The notes: generated by a model from the sequence alone, not told the origin. A stretch of DNA of 64,000 nt from Alphaproteobacteria bacterium (GCA_964291395.2 OZ219858.1:1056001-1120000), one strand, 5' to 3'. Numbered from the stretch's first letter, positions 31,534 to 42,076 are shown. Numbers and translations are program-made.

Positions 31534-31821
31534 TCGAGCAAGAAAGTGTCGGGAAATAACTACGAATGAGTGCTTGCCGACCCGTCCTTTCTCACATAAT
31601 CGGCCGCTCAACCGACTGATGTCCCCTGACCTTCGCGACATGCTCCGTGGCCTTCGCACGGCGACCGAATTGGAATTCCAGGTTGGTGTGTCCCTTGTTG
31701 CCGGCTTACCCCTGGAAAATTCTTGGGAATTACGGCACGGAGGCCGTGGCTTGTGCTGTGGTGCCAATGCACTATGTTTGGGCGCCGAACGTGGCGTAGG
31801 GGAAACAGGAGAACCAGGGAG

Positions 31822-32712
31822 ATGGGAGTCACCGTACATCCGTTATCCGATGCGCTCGGCGCCGAGATCGGGGGCGTCGACCTCGGTGGGCCGCTGGACG
31901 ATGGGACCATCCAGGAGATCCACGATGCGTGGATGGAACATCTCGTCCTGCTGATTCGGGACCAGACGATCGATGATCCGCAACTCGTCGCATTCAGCGG
32001 CCGGTTCGGGGAACTCGATGGCGCCCCTATCGGTGCGATACCCGGCGGAAAGGTGTCCACGCGGGAATACAACGAGATCACGGTGATCTCGAACGTGGTG
32101 GAGAACGGCCGTCCCATCGGGGGCTTGGGGAACGCCGAGTCCGATTGGCACACGGACATGAGTTCCTACGAAAAACCACCGGCGGCGTCGATGCTCTATT
32201 CCCTGGAAATCCCGCCCACGGGGGGCGATACGAGCTTCTGCAACATGTACCGCGCTTACGAGGTGTTGCCGGAAGACATAAAGGCGCGCGTGCAAGACTT
32301 GAAGGCCGTCCACGACGCGACCCTGACGTCGGCGGGCGGTCTCCGGCACGGATTTGAACCGGTTACCGACGTGACGAAAACGCCCGGCGCGCGTCACCCG
32401 ATCCTGCGCACGCATCCCGTAACCGGGCGGACGGCGCTGTTCCTGGGACGGCGCACCAACGCCTACGTTCCCGGACTTTCGGTGAAGGAGAGCGAAGAGC
32501 TTCTGGATACGCTGTGGGCCTGCGCCACGGCACCGGAGAACATCTGGACGCATACCTGGAAAGTCGGAGATCTGGTCATGTGGGACAACCGGTGCGCCAT
32601 GCACCGCCGCGATGAGTTCGACGACTCGTCCCGCCGGATCATGCACCGCACACAACTCAAGGGGGATCACCCGTACTATGCGGCCGCCGAGGCGGCTCCG
32701 ACGGCGGCGTGA
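31822..32712 (+). CDS. TauD/TfdA family Fe(II)/alpha-ketoglutarate dioxygenase
   Basis: LGAEI, WHTD, GGDT, HPVTGR, WDNRCAMH.R. Confidence 0.93.
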   Translation: MGVTVHPLSDALGAEIGGVDLGGPLDDGTIQEIHDAWMEHLVLLIRDQTIDDPQLVAFSGRFGELDGAPIGAIPGGKVSTREYNEITVISNVVENGRPIGGLGNAESDWHTDMSSYEKPPAASMLYSLEIPPTGGDTSFCNMYRAYEVLPEDIKARVQDLKAVHDATLTSAGGLRHGFEPVTDVTKTPGARHPILRTHPVTGRTALFLGRRTNAYVPGLSVKESEELLDTLWACATAPENIWTHTWKVGDLVMWDNRCAMHRRDEFDDSSRRIMHRTQLKGDHPYYAAAEAAPTAA

Positions 32713-32739
32713 CGACGCCTTTCGTGGCCACGCGGTCCC

Positions 32740-32768
32740 TGGACAGCTTGGGGTGAATTCCCTATAAC
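32740..32768 (+). promoter_or_regulatory. Sigma70-type promoter of tRNA-Phe
   Basis: TGGACA-N17-TATAAC followed by a GC-rich discriminator. Confidence 0.6.
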
Positions 32769-32809
32769 CCGGCCTCGCTCGCCACCCCGCCCGGCAGCGG
32801 GCGAGTCGT

Positions 32810-32885
32810 GCCCAGGTAGCTCAGTTGGTAGAGCAGTGGACTGAAAATCCTCGTGTCGGTGGTTCAACTCCGCCCCTGGGCACCA
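32810..32885 (+). tRNA. tRNA-Phe (GAA)
   Basis: GCCCAGGTAGCTCAGTTGGTAGAGCAGTGGACTGAAAATCCTCGTGTCGGTGGTTCAACTCCGCCCCTGGGCACCA. Confidence 0.97.
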
Positions 32886-32939
32886 TCTCCCTCAGGGTCG
32901 TGACTCGCCGATCATCCCGCTACCTCGACAGGCATCGCG

Positions 32940-34562
32940 ATGTCTGAAGGCCAATTCGACTACATCGTGGTCGGGGCGGGCTCGGCCGGGGCCGCGCTGG
33001 CGGAACGCCTGACCGCCAGCGGGCGGCACAAGGTGCTGCTGCTCGAAGCGGGAAGCGAGGACAAGAACCGCTGGCTGCGCATTCCGCTCGGCATCGGCAA
33101 GCTGATCACCGGCAGCGAGTACGTCTGGCCGTTTTCGACGGAGCCCGAGCCCGAACTGAAGGGGCAGCGGATCTATTGGCCGCGCGGCAAGGTTCTGGGC
33201 GGCTCGAGCAGCGTCAACGGCATGGTGTTCGTGCGGGGCGACGCGGAGCAATACGACCGCTGGCGCGATGCGGGATGTCCCGGTTGGGGCTACGACGACG
33301 TGCTGCCCTACTTCAAACGCCTCGAGGACCGGCTCGGCGGCGACCCCGCCTACCGGGGGTCGGGAGGGCCCGTCAGCGTCATCGACATCCCCTACAGGGA
33401 TCGGTTGAACGAGGCGTTCTATCAGGCGTGCGTACAGCAAGGCATACCCGAGAATCCCGATTACAACGGTGCGACGTACCCCGGCGTTTCCTATCTTCAA
33501 CTGTCGATCCGGAACGGACGGCGCTGCAGCACCGCCGTCGCCTATCTGCACCCGGCGCGCGGCCGGTCCAATCTGCACGTGGTGACGGACGCCCAGGCCA
33601 GCGGGATCGTCATCGAGGGGAACCGGGCGACGGGCGTGCGCTACCGCACCGCCGACGGGGACTCTCATCGGGCCAGGGCGGACAGCGAGGTCATACTGTG
33701 CGCCGGTCCCATCATGTCACCACAGATTCTGGAGCTGTCGGGAATCGGAAACCCTGAAATCCTTCGGAACGCCGGGATCCGGCCGGTCGCGAATCTGCCC
33801 GGGGTCGGCGAGAATCTACAGGATCACCTGCAGGTGCGGATCAGCTATCACTGCACTCTGCCGATCACGATCAACGACCTGCTCAACAGCCGATGGCGCG
33901 GCCTGCGCGCCGGCCTGCAATACACGCTGCTGCGCAAGGGACTGCTGGCCACGCCTTCCGTCTCGGTACACGCGATCACCGCGGAAGCGGGGGACGACGC
34001 AAAACCCACCCTCAAAATGCAGCTTGCGCACGTGAGCGGCGCGGACCGGTACGCGATCACCGGCGGGTCGGGCGTCGATCCGCACCCGGGCTTCACCATC
34101 GGTACGTTCAATCTTCATCCCGAATCCCGGGGTACCGTCCACATCACGTCGGGCGATCCTCTGGCCGCGCCCGAGATCCGTGCCGGCTACTTGTCGACGG
34201 AGCGGGATCTGGCTCTGAGCCTTGCCGCCCTGAAGCTCACGCGGAAGATCGCCGCGCAGCCCGCCTTGCGGAAGGTTATCGTCAGGGAAGTGCTGCCCGG
34301 TGTCGAGGCGGCGACCGACGACGATCTGATCGACTACATCCGCTCCGCCGGCCAAACCAGTTGGCACCCGATCGGTACCTGCAAGATGGGCACGGATTCC
34401 GCAGCGGTGGTCGACCACGAGCTCAAGGTGCACGGCATCGTCGGCTTGCGCGTGGCGGATTCGTCGGTATTTCCCTTTATGACCTCGTCGAATACCAACG
34501 CCCCGTCGATCATGATGGGCGAGCGCTGTGCCGACCTGCTGACAGGCAAGACGGCTACGTAG
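32940..34562 (+). CDS. GMC oxidoreductase (choline dehydrogenase-like)
   Basis: GAGSAG, PRGKVLGGSSSVNGM, GENLQDH, WHPIGTCKMG, SNTNAP. Confidence 0.93.
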   Translation: MSEGQFDYIVVGAGSAGAALAERLTASGRHKVLLLEAGSEDKNRWLRIPLGIGKLITGSEYVWPFSTEPEPELKGQRIYWPRGKVLGGSSSVNGMVFVRGDAEQYDRWRDAGCPGWGYDDVLPYFKRLEDRLGGDPAYRGSGGPVSVIDIPYRDRLNEAFYQACVQQGIPENPDYNGATYPGVSYLQLSIRNGRRCSTAVAYLHPARGRSNLHVVTDAQASGIVIEGNRATGVRYRTADGDSHRARADSEVILCAGPIMSPQILELSGIGNPEILRNAGIRPVANLPGVGENLQDHLQVRISYHCTLPITINDLLNSRWRGLRAGLQYTLLRKGLLATPSVSVHAITAEAGDDAKPTLKMQLAHVSGADRYAITGGSGVDPHPGFTIGTFNLHPESRGTVHITSGDPLAAPEIRAGYLSTERDLALSLAALKLTRKIAAQPALRKVIVREVLPGVEAATDDDLIDYIRSAGQTSWHPIGTCKMGTDSAAVVDHELKVHGIVGLRVADSSVFPFMTSSNTNAPSIMMGERCADLLTGKTAT

Positions 34563-34613
34563 GCACAAGTCGACCCGAAGTCCGGCCCCTCGTCCGCCCG
34601 GCTGCGCCGGAAG

Positions 34614-36719
34614 CTATGCCGAGGCGAGAGCCGCTTCGCTTCGGCGCAGCAGCTCGACTTCGACCCGGTTGTCGTGGAACACGGCACCGCCGGCCATGTC
34701 GGAGTCGCGCTCGGCCACCGTCAGGTTGAGGTTGGCCTTCTCACCGATGATCTTGGGCCAATAGCCCTTGGTGCTGGCCGCGATTCCCGGTTGCACGACG
34801 TCGCTGACGACGATTTCAGCCTCGAACGTTCCGCGATCGTTGAAGATACATGCCACATCTCCTTCGACGATGCCGCGGACGGCGGCATCTTCCGGGTTCA
34901 AGGTCACGCGGCGCGGGCCGGCGCGCTTCAGCATCTCCGGCATGTTGCCGAAGTTCGTGTTGAGGAAGTAATGGGATGCGGGAGCGACGAGCGCCAGGGG
35001 ATACCGTCCTGCCAGGTCCTCATCGGTGACTTCTCCCGGCGGCGTAAATCCGGGCATCGGATCGAGGCCCTTGGCCGCGGCCCTGGGGGAGTTGAATTCG
35101 AGCTTTCCCGAGTCCGTCGGGAAACCCTCGGCGAAGGGCAGGTAGGGTCGCGGCAGGTTGAGCCGAATCCAGCCCTTTTCCTTCAGCGCTTCCAACGTGA
35201 TGCCGTCGAGCGCCGGGTGATCGGAATCGAGGACGGCCCGCGCCAGGTCGTCGTCACTGTCATACAGGCAGGGCTCGTTGAGGCCCATCGCCCGCGCCAG
35301 CCGCCGGAAGATCTCCGAGTGCGGCAGGCACTCGCCCGGCGGCGCGACCGCAGGCTCGTTCCATTGCAGGTACATGTGGCCGAAAGCGTTGTGGATATCG
35401 GCGTGCTCGGTCTGCATGGTCGAGGGCAGCACGACGTCGGCGTAGTCGACGGTGTCGGTGGGGAAGTTCTCGATGACGACCGTGAACAAGTCGTCGCGCG
35501 CGAGTCCGCGCCGCAGCGTCCCCTGCTGCGGAGAGCTCGCCGCCGGATTGGCACCGTACAGGATCAACGCGTCGATCGGAGGATCGTCGAACTCGAGCAG
35601 GATTTCGCCCATGCGGGTGGTAGTCAGCTCGCGCGTCGTGGGGCGGTCCAAGTCCCCCTGACGGCATTTGGCGAAGTTGCCGGGGAACGCCGCGCCGGTC
35701 GAATAGATGGCCCCGCCGCCGGGCAACCGCCAATCTCCGGTCACCGCCGGGATCGCGTTGATAGTGCGGATGGCCATGCCGCCGCCGGAGTGGCGCTGCA
35801 TGCCCATGGACGACCGGATGGCGGTGGGCCGCGTCGTCCCGATGCGCCGGCCCAGGGCGATGATGGTGTCGACGGGAACCCTGGTGATCTCCGAGACCCG
35901 CTCCGGCGGATACTGGAGGATGCGTTCGCGGAATGCGGGCCAGTCCCTGGTGTGCCGATCCAGATAGTCGTTGTCTTCGGCGCCCATGCCGACGACGACG
36001 TTGAGAAGCCCGAGAGCGAGCGCCGCGTCCGTGCCGGGCAGGATGGGGATGTGCTCGTCGGCCCGGGCAGCGGACCGCGTGCGGATGGGATCGATGGCGA
36101 CGAGATGGGCGCCCCTGCGGCGCGCTTCGGAAATGAAGCGCCAGGCGTGGTTGCCCGTGGACAGAGGGTTGTACCCCCACATGACGATGAGCTTCGCGTG
36201 AGACAGGTCTTCCGGGTCCATGCCGGTGGCCTGACCCAGAGTCGTCAGCGTGCCGGCGACGCCGGCGACGGAGCAGATGGTGACCCGGTGCTGCGACGCG
36301 CCGAGCGCGTTCCACAGGCGAAAACCGGACCCCCACATGCCCTGAAGAACGCCCATGTGCCCAGTGCCGAAGCAGGGCCAGATGGCCTCGCCGCCGTGGG
36401 TCGCGATGACGTCCTTGAGGCGCGTGCCGATCTCGTCGAGGGCCTCGTCCCAGCCGATCCGCTCGAACTCGCCGGCGCCCTTCCTGCCGACGCGCCGCAG
36501 CGGGTGCAGCAGACGGTCCGGCGCCCGCGTGTGCTCGAGGTAGCGATTCACCTTGACGCAGAGGTTGCCCCGGGTGAACGGGTGATCACGCGCGCCGCGC
36601 AGGTCCACCGCCCGGCCATTCTCGACCGTCACGTCCCAACTGCAGGTGTCGGGGCAGTCGAGAGGGCAGGCCCCGCGCACGATGCGCCGGCTTTTCGCGT
36701 GCTGACCGTTTGTCGCCAT
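34614..36719 (-). CDS. Mo-bisPGD molybdopterin oxidoreductase (uncharacterised subfamily)
   Basis: CPLDCPDTC...LC Fe-S motif, PGTDAALAL, YADVVLP, FPTDSGK, FHDNRVEV. Confidence 0.9.
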   Translation of the reverse strand: MATNGQHAKSRRIVRGACPLDCPDTCSWDVTVENGRAVDLRGARDHPFTRGNLCVKVNRYLEHTRAPDRLLHPLRRVGRKGAGEFERIGWDEALDEIGTRLKDVIATHGGEAIWPCFGTGHMGVLQGMWGSGFRLWNALGASQHRVTICSVAGVAGTLTTLGQATGMDPEDLSHAKLIVMWGYNPLSTGNHAWRFISEARRRGAHLVAIDPIRTRSAARADEHIPILPGTDAALALGLLNVVVGMGAEDNDYLDRHTRDWPAFRERILQYPPERVSEITRVPVDTIIALGRRIGTTRPTAIRSSMGMQRHSGGGMAIRTINAIPAVTGDWRLPGGGAIYSTGAAFPGNFAKCRQGDLDRPTTRELTTTRMGEILLEFDDPPIDALILYGANPAASSPQQGTLRRGLARDDLFTVVIENFPTDTVDYADVVLPSTMQTEHADIHNAFGHMYLQWNEPAVAPPGECLPHSEIFRRLARAMGLNEPCLYDSDDDLARAVLDSDHPALDGITLEALKEKGWIRLNLPRPYLPFAEGFPTDSGKLEFNSPRAAAKGLDPMPGFTPPGEVTDEDLAGRYPLALVAPASHYFLNTNFGNMPEMLKRAGPRRVTLNPEDAAVRGIVEGDVACIFNDRGTFEAEIVVSDVVQPGIAASTKGYWPKIIGEKANLNLTVAERDSDMAGGAVFHDNRVEVELLRRSEAALASA

Positions 36720-36877
36720 TCCTCGCCCTCCGGGGATACAATGCGCCGTGACACCCGACCGGCCCGCGCGGGCCGGTCGCTCGGATCATGTTAACGGATG
36801 GGATCGTTCGATGCATGTCGCGCGCCGAGCGTCCCCATACCGGGATCGGATATCGCTCATAAACCGCGGAGACCAGC

Positions 36878-37891
36878 GTGTCCCACGATCATTACCCCCG
36901 CCTGCGCTTTGCCCGGACGCCGACGCCGCTCGAACCGATGCCCAACCTGACGAAGCTGCTGGGCGGCCCCAATCTGTACGTCAAACGGGACGATCTCACG
37001 GGCCTCGCGTTCGGCGGCAACAAGGTCCGGCAGCTGGAATACTGGTTCGGAGACATCGCCGAGAAAGGTGCCGACACGGTTATCACCACCGGAGCGACGC
37101 AGTCGAACCACGCGCGCGTGACCGCCGCCATGGCGAGCAAACTCGGACTCAAATGCGAGGTGCAGCACGAGAAACGGGTGCCCGATAGGGACGACGCCTA
37201 CTACGAATCGGGCAACGTGCTCTTGCTGAAGCTGATGGGCGCGCGGTTGCACGACTACCCCGTCGGCGAAGACGAGCACGGCGCGGATGCCGCCCTGGAA
37301 GAGATCGCCGATCGCGTCCGCTCGGAAGGCGGCGAACCTTATGTCATCCCCTTGGCGCCCGTGCATCCCCCGCTCGGCGCCCTGGGTTACGTGGACATGA
37401 TCGACGAGCTCCTCGAACAGGCGCAGGAGCAGGACCTGAGGATCGACGCGATCGTGACGCCGACCGGCAGTGCATCCACCCACGGCGGCATCCTCGTCGG
37501 CCTGCGCTCACGGGGAAACGGTATTCCGGTCTATGGCATCTGCGTCCGCCGCGGCGCCGGAGCCCAACGCGAGCGGGTTCTGGACCGTGCGCGGGCGGCC
37601 GCGGGCCTCCTCGGCCGACAGGATCTCATCGAGGAGGACGACATAAATGTCGACGACACCTATCTGGGTCCCGGTTACGGCCTTCCCGACGAGAAGCTGA
37701 TGGAAGGCATCCGGCTCGCGGCGGGATGCGAGGCGCTGATCGTGGATCCGGTCTACAGCGGCAAGACCTTCGGCGGACTGATCGGGCTCGTGCGCGAGGG
37801 CGCATTCGGGAAAGAAGAGAACGTCGTTTTCGTCCATACCGGCGGAACACCGGCGCTGTTCGCCTACACGGGTATATTCAAAGATCTTTGA
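36878..37891 (+). CDS. PLP-dependent D-cysteine desulfhydrase / cysteate sulfo-lyase / ACC deaminase family
   Basis: KRDD, GGNKVR (PLP Lys), QSNHAR, DPVYSGK, HTGG. Confidence 0.9.
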   Translation: MSHDHYPRLRFARTPTPLEPMPNLTKLLGGPNLYVKRDDLTGLAFGGNKVRQLEYWFGDIAEKGADTVITTGATQSNHARVTAAMASKLGLKCEVQHEKRVPDRDDAYYESGNVLLLKLMGARLHDYPVGEDEHGADAALEEIADRVRSEGGEPYVIPLAPVHPPLGALGYVDMIDELLEQAQEQDLRIDAIVTPTGSASTHGGILVGLRSRGNGIPVYGICVRRGAGAQRERVLDRARAAAGLLGRQDLIEEDDINVDDTYLGPGYGLPDEKLMEGIRLAAGCEALIVDPVYSGKTFGGLIGLVREGAFGKEENVVFVHTGGTPALFAYTGIFKDL

Positions 37892-37924
37892 ACCCGGTCA
37901 TCTCGCGCCGAGCGGAGCAGATCG

Positions 37925-38485
37925 ATGGAACACGTAGCATTTCGCGCCATGAAGGATGGCACCCGGGAGGAATACGATTTTCTCGGCGGTCTGGAAGAGG
38001 AGTGGGCCGGAGGCCACGCCGGTCGCGTCCTGGCGGCGATGACCCTGCTCGACGGCTCCATGGGGGGCTACCAGGTCAGCCGGCTGACCCATTGCCTGCA
38101 GACGGCGACCCGGGCCGAGCGGGACAACGCCGACGACGAGATGGTTTTCGCGGCGCTCATACACGACATCGGCGACGTCTTGGCGCCCCGGAATCATGCC
38201 GCGATCGCCGTCGAGATCATGCGTCCCTACGTGCGGGAAGAAGTGACCTGGGTCACCGAAAAGCACGGGATCTTCCAGGACTACTACTACGGGCACTTCG
38301 TCGGTCGCGACAGGAACGCGCGCGAGAAATACCGTGGTCACAGGTGGTTCGAGTCCTGCGCCAATTTCTGCGAACACTGGGACCAGGCGGCATTCGATCC
38401 CGATTACGACAGCCGTCCGCTCGAGCACTACGCACCGCTGGTCGAGGACATCCTGTCTCGGCCGGCGTGGCGGGAGACGGGGTGA
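37925..38485 (+). CDS. HD-domain metalloprotein (PhnZ/TmpB/MIOX-like)
   Basis: HCLQTATRA, ALIHDIGD, NH, HGIFQ, WDQAAFDP. Confidence 0.85.
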   Translation: MEHVAFRAMKDGTREEYDFLGGLEEEWAGGHAGRVLAAMTLLDGSMGGYQVSRLTHCLQTATRAERDNADDEMVFAALIHDIGDVLAPRNHAAIAVEIMRPYVREEVTWVTEKHGIFQDYYYGHFVGRDRNAREKYRGHRWFESCANFCEHWDQAAFDPDYDSRPLEHYAPLVEDILSRPAWRETG

Positions 38486-38504
38486 GGCTCCCGACCTTCC
38501 CCCT

Positions 38505-39182
38505 TCAAACCACGTCCAGCAACCCCCGCAGATCCGGACCCTCGAAGTCGGCGGCGAACTCGGGCAGCAGCACCCGGTCGCCGGTCCGGTTGTTCCAGTA
38601 GCAGGCGACGCCCGCCGATTTCGCGCCGATCACGTCGTTGGCGCTGCCGGCGACATGCAGATAGCCCTCGCGCGCGATGCCGAGCGCGTCGACCGGCAGG
38701 TCGTAGACCTCCGGAGCGGGCTTGTAGACGCCCGAGTCTTCCGTCGAAAAGACGTGATCCAGTTCGACGGTCAGTTCACCGGCGATGCCTTCGAGCATGA
38801 CGCGGTCGCCGTTCGACAGGATCGCCAGCTCGCAGCCCCGCGACTTGAGTTCGCCCAATACCTCGGCGGCCTCCGGCCATGACCGGAGCGGATACCAGGC
38901 GGCGATCAATTCGTCCCGCTGGCCGGCCGAGACGGCGACTTCATGCCGCCCCGCCGCGTAGTCGAGAGCCAGCGCGGTACAGTCATGGAAGCTCATGCGT
39001 CCCCGCTTCAGGGCGTTCGACAGCGCGGCGGCGGCGAGTTGGTTGGCCCGCCACGTGGTCAGGAAAAGCTCCGCGACATCCGCGGGCGGCGCCAGGATTC
39101 GCTCGATGACGGGCACCAGCGTCGCGCGGAAATCGGCCAGGCCCGTGTAGGCGTCGAAGGTGACCAGTCGGTAGTTCGCCAT
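38505..39182 (-). CDS. HAD-superfamily hydrolase (haloacid dehalogenase type II-like)
   Basis: FDAYT, ILSNG, YKP, HVAGS.ND. Confidence 0.87.
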   Translation of the reverse strand: MANYRLVTFDAYTGLADFRATLVPVIERILAPPADVAELFLTTWRANQLAAAALSNALKRGRMSFHDCTALALDYAAGRHEVAVSAGQRDELIAAWYPLRSWPEAAEVLGELKSRGCELAILSNGDRVMLEGIAGELTVELDHVFSTEDSGVYKPAPEVYDLPVDALGIAREGYLHVAGSANDVIGAKSAGVACYWNNRTGDRVLLPEFAADFEGPDLRGLLDVV

Positions 39183-39300
39183 GCGACGGTACTCCTTTCG
39201 ATCTGCGGCGCCCGAGGTCTGGGATTCCCGGCCCAGTCTAGCCTATAAGGTCCGGTATGATCGTTGTTGCGGGAGTTCCATCCGCGATGAGGAACCTGTG

Positions 39301-39921
39301 ATGTTCGAGGAACGGGAATTCGGTTTCGCGGCGGCAATTCGTTCCTGGGCCGCCGCTTGCCTGGTGGTTGCCGCCCTGTGCCTCGGCAGCCTCACGGCGC
39401 AGGCGCAGAGTCGGGAGGAAGTCGGCCAGGCACTCAACGATCTCTTCATCACGATCTACCGAAACTCCGGCGTCATGAACGGGATCTTCGAGAACTGTGC
39501 CTTCGTCCCGGGCGCCGCCGGAGAGTTTTTCAATGCCGTCCACAAACGCTACGTCCGCAACGACACCGTCATCGCCGGCATGATCGTCGCCGTTCACCGC
39601 AAGGTGATGGAGCGGCAAGTGGCTACGGGGGCGGTGGGCCCGGTCGAGCAACTCTCCAAGGATTCCAGAGACCTCGCCTACTCGGAGATCAAGCGGAAAT
39701 TCATCGTCGCGAACGGGAGGCCGGAACTCGAGCGCCGCCTGTGCGACGATTTGATGAAGGAATTCCGGACGGGGAAGTGGGACAACCCGCGGTACGTGGA
39801 GAAATATTTCGAGCTGCTCGCGGATTTCGACCCCCGGATATATGCCGAATTCCATGACATAAAAGGTGTTTTGGATGACCGGCGCTCAGGGCGGCTGAGG
39901 ACTGGTCCGGTAACCAAGTGA
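39301..39921 (+). CDS. Hypothetical exported protein
   Basis: Signal-peptide-like segment ending AQA; GAGG upstream; no family recognised. Confidence 0.6.
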   Translation: MFEEREFGFAAAIRSWAAACLVVAALCLGSLTAQAQSREEVGQALNDLFITIYRNSGVMNGIFENCAFVPGAAGEFFNAVHKRYVRNDTVIAGMIVAVHRKVMERQVATGAVGPVEQLSKDSRDLAYSEIKRKFIVANGRPELERRLCDDLMKEFRTGKWDNPRYVEKYFELLADFDPRIYAEFHDIKGVLDDRRSGRLRTGPVTK

Positions 39922-39962
39922 TTCCGGTCGTGTAAGCGATATCAAGTTGATCCGTCGCTCGA

Positions 39963-39990
39963 TTGACAAGGTGCGCCCTCGGAGTATGCT
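39963..39990 (+). promoter_or_regulatory. Sigma70-type promoter of the TRAP operon
   Basis: TTGACA-N16-TATGCT about 100 bp before dctQ. Confidence 0.6.
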
Positions 39991-40088
39991 GAAACCGCGC
40001 ACCGGGCCTGAAGTCTCGGGCCCGGAAGTTCCGCAGTTCATCCTGCCGCGCCGTATTCCGCGGCTGGCGCGGGAACAGGGGGAAGGGC

Positions 40089-40664
40089 ATGAAACCGATA
40101 TTGCAACTCGCGAACGGGTTGGACTGGCTCACCGACCACATCCTCGAGGCCTGCAAATATGCCACCATCGTCGTGGTCGGATCGATCGCCGGCATCATCT
40201 TCATCGGCGTCTTCTGGCGTTATGTCCTCAACGACCCATTGGCGTGGTACGAAGAGACCGCCAAGTATCTCATGCTGTGGCTGGTGTTCGTTGCCTCCCC
40301 CATAGTGCTCAAGCGCACCGGGCACGTGGCCATCGACAACCTTCCAAGAATGATGCCGGAGCGCATCAAGTATTTCATGTACCTGGTCGTGTTCTCGGGC
40401 GTGATCTTCCTGCTCTACGAGATGGCCTATGAGGGCTGGGGGCTCGCCTGGAACGCATGGCCGCAGATGCCGACGTCGATCCCGATCTCGTTCTTCTGGA
40501 TCTATCTTTCCGTGCCGGTCGGTAGCGTGATCATGATCCTGATCCTGGTGGAGCACTGGCTGCTCGCGCTCGCCGGCATCATCGATCCGGAGCAAGGCAG
40601 CGTGCCCGAGTTCGGCGATGCCGAGTTGGTTCATGCCGAAGAAGCGAAATTGTCGGGCGAGTAG
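40089..40664 (+). CDS. dctQ: TRAP transporter small permease
   Basis: Four TM segments; RYVLNDPLAWYEE, HVAID. Confidence 0.9.
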   Translation: MKPILQLANGLDWLTDHILEACKYATIVVVGSIAGIIFIGVFWRYVLNDPLAWYEETAKYLMLWLVFVASPIVLKRTGHVAIDNLPRMMPERIKYFMYLVVFSGVIFLLYEMAYEGWGLAWNAWPQMPTSIPISFFWIYLSVPVGSVIMILILVEHWLLALAGIIDPEQGSVPEFGDAELVHAEEAKLSGE

Positions 40665-40744
40665 AATTTCTGGTTGGCCGCACAATCAAAAATCGAACAA
40701 TCTTAGATGAAGAGGCGGGCCCGTTGGGCTGAGCAGGTGAGGCA

Positions 40745-42076
40745 ATGCCGATAACATTCTTCTGGATTTTCCTGGGTTCCATGGCGGTCGGCATGCCGAT
40801 CGTCTTCGCCCTGGCGTTCGCCCCGTTGATGGGGTTCGTGCTCGACGACAAGACGTTGTTCTTCAAGATGCTGCCGCAACGGATCTTCGGCGGCATCAAC
40901 CAGTTCCCGCTGCTCGCCATTCCCCTGTTCGTGCTCGCCGGCGAGATCATGAACACCAGCGGCATCACCGAAAACCTGGTGCGGTTCGCCAGGGTTCTGG
41001 TCGGCCACTTCCGCGCCGGACTGGCCCAGGTGAACATCGTGGCCAGCATGCTGTTCGCCGGCCTCTCGGGTTCGGCGGTCGCCGACACCTCGGCCATCGG
41101 CTCGATCATGATCCCGGCCATGGAGCGCGACGGGTACACCCGCGCGTTTTCCGCCGCCGTGACGGCTGCCTCCTCGGTGATCGGGCCGATCATCCCGCCG
41201 AGCATCATCATGATCATCTACGCCTTCATCATGAAGGTGTCCGTCGCCGGCCTGTTCCTCGCCGGTTTCGTGCCCGGCATCATGATAGGCGTCGGCCTGA
41301 TGGTCCTGACGAAGATCCTGGGCGAACGGCGCAACTATCCAAAAAGCGGCCAGCGCGCGTCGGCCGGAGAAATGTGGAGCGCCTTCAAGGGCGCGTTCTG
41401 GCCGTTGTTGACACCGATCATCATCATCGGCGGCATTCTCTCGGGCGTCTTCACGCCGACCGAGTCCGCGGGCGCGGCCTGCTTTTACGCGCTGGTCCTG
41501 AGCATTTTCTTCATGCGCACGCTGCCGCTCTCGGAACTGCCCCAGTTGTTCCTGCGTACCGGACTGATCGCCTCGACGATTCTGCTCATCGTCGGGACGT
41601 CGTCGGTGTTCGGTTGGGTGGCAACCGTCTCCGGGGTGCCTCAGGCGCTCGGCAAGACCTTGTTCACGATAACCGAGAACCCCATCGCGCTGCTGCTGCT
41701 GATCAACGTCTTGCTGTTGATCACCGGCATGTTCCTCGACGCCGTTCCCGCCATCCTGATCCTCGGCCCGGTCCTGGGCCCGACGCTGTTCCAGCTCGGG
41801 GTCGACCCGCTGCACTTCGCCATCATCATGTGCATCAACGTGACCGTGGGCTTGGCCACGCCGCCGATGGGTCTGATCCTGTTCGTCGCGTCGAGCTTGA
41901 CGCGACTGGGCATCGAGGTCATCGCCAGGCAGCTCCTGCCCTATCTCATGGTGCATTTGACGATGATCCTCCTCGTGACGATGTGGGGAGATATCGCGTT
42001 GACGCTGCCCCGCCTGACCGGGTTCGCGAGAATCCCCGACGGCTGGTGGCTGGCCGACTTCGCGATAGGAGGCTGA
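40745..42076 (+). CDS. dctM: TRAP transporter large permease
   Basis: LLAIPLF, SGSAVAD, IIPPS, FTPTE, TPPMG. Confidence 0.95.
   Translation: MPITFFWIFLGSMAVGMPIVFALAFAPLMGFVLDDKTLFFKMLPQRIFGGINQFPLLAIPLFVLAGEIMNTSGITENLVRFARVLVGHFRAGLAQVNIVASMLFAGLSGSAVADTSAIGSIMIPAMERDGYTRAFSAAVTAASSVIGPIIPPSIIMIIYAFIMKVSVAGLFLAGFVPGIMIGVGLMVLTKILGERRNYPKSGQRASAGEMWSAFKGAFWPLLTPIIIIGGILSGVFTPTESAGAACFYALVLSIFFMRTLPLSELPQLFLRTGLIASTILLIVGTSSVFGWVATVSGVPQALGKTLFTITENPIALLLLINVLLLITGMFLDAVPAILILGPVLGPTLFQLGVDPLHFAIIMCINVTVGLATPPMGLILFVASSLTRLGIEVIARQLLPYLMVHLTMILLVTMWGDIALTLPRLTGFARIPDGWWLADFAIGG

Noticed and set aside
32836-32852. T-T mismatch in the tRNA-Phe anticodon stem as a sign of a pseudo-tRNA
   Set aside because: A single mismatch is tolerated; the other arms, the CCA end and the promoter are intact.
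39238-39265. Second dif-like site CTAGCCTATAA-GGTCCG-GTATGATCGTT
   Set aside because: The XerD arm is too divergent; more simply explained as divergent promoter sequence.
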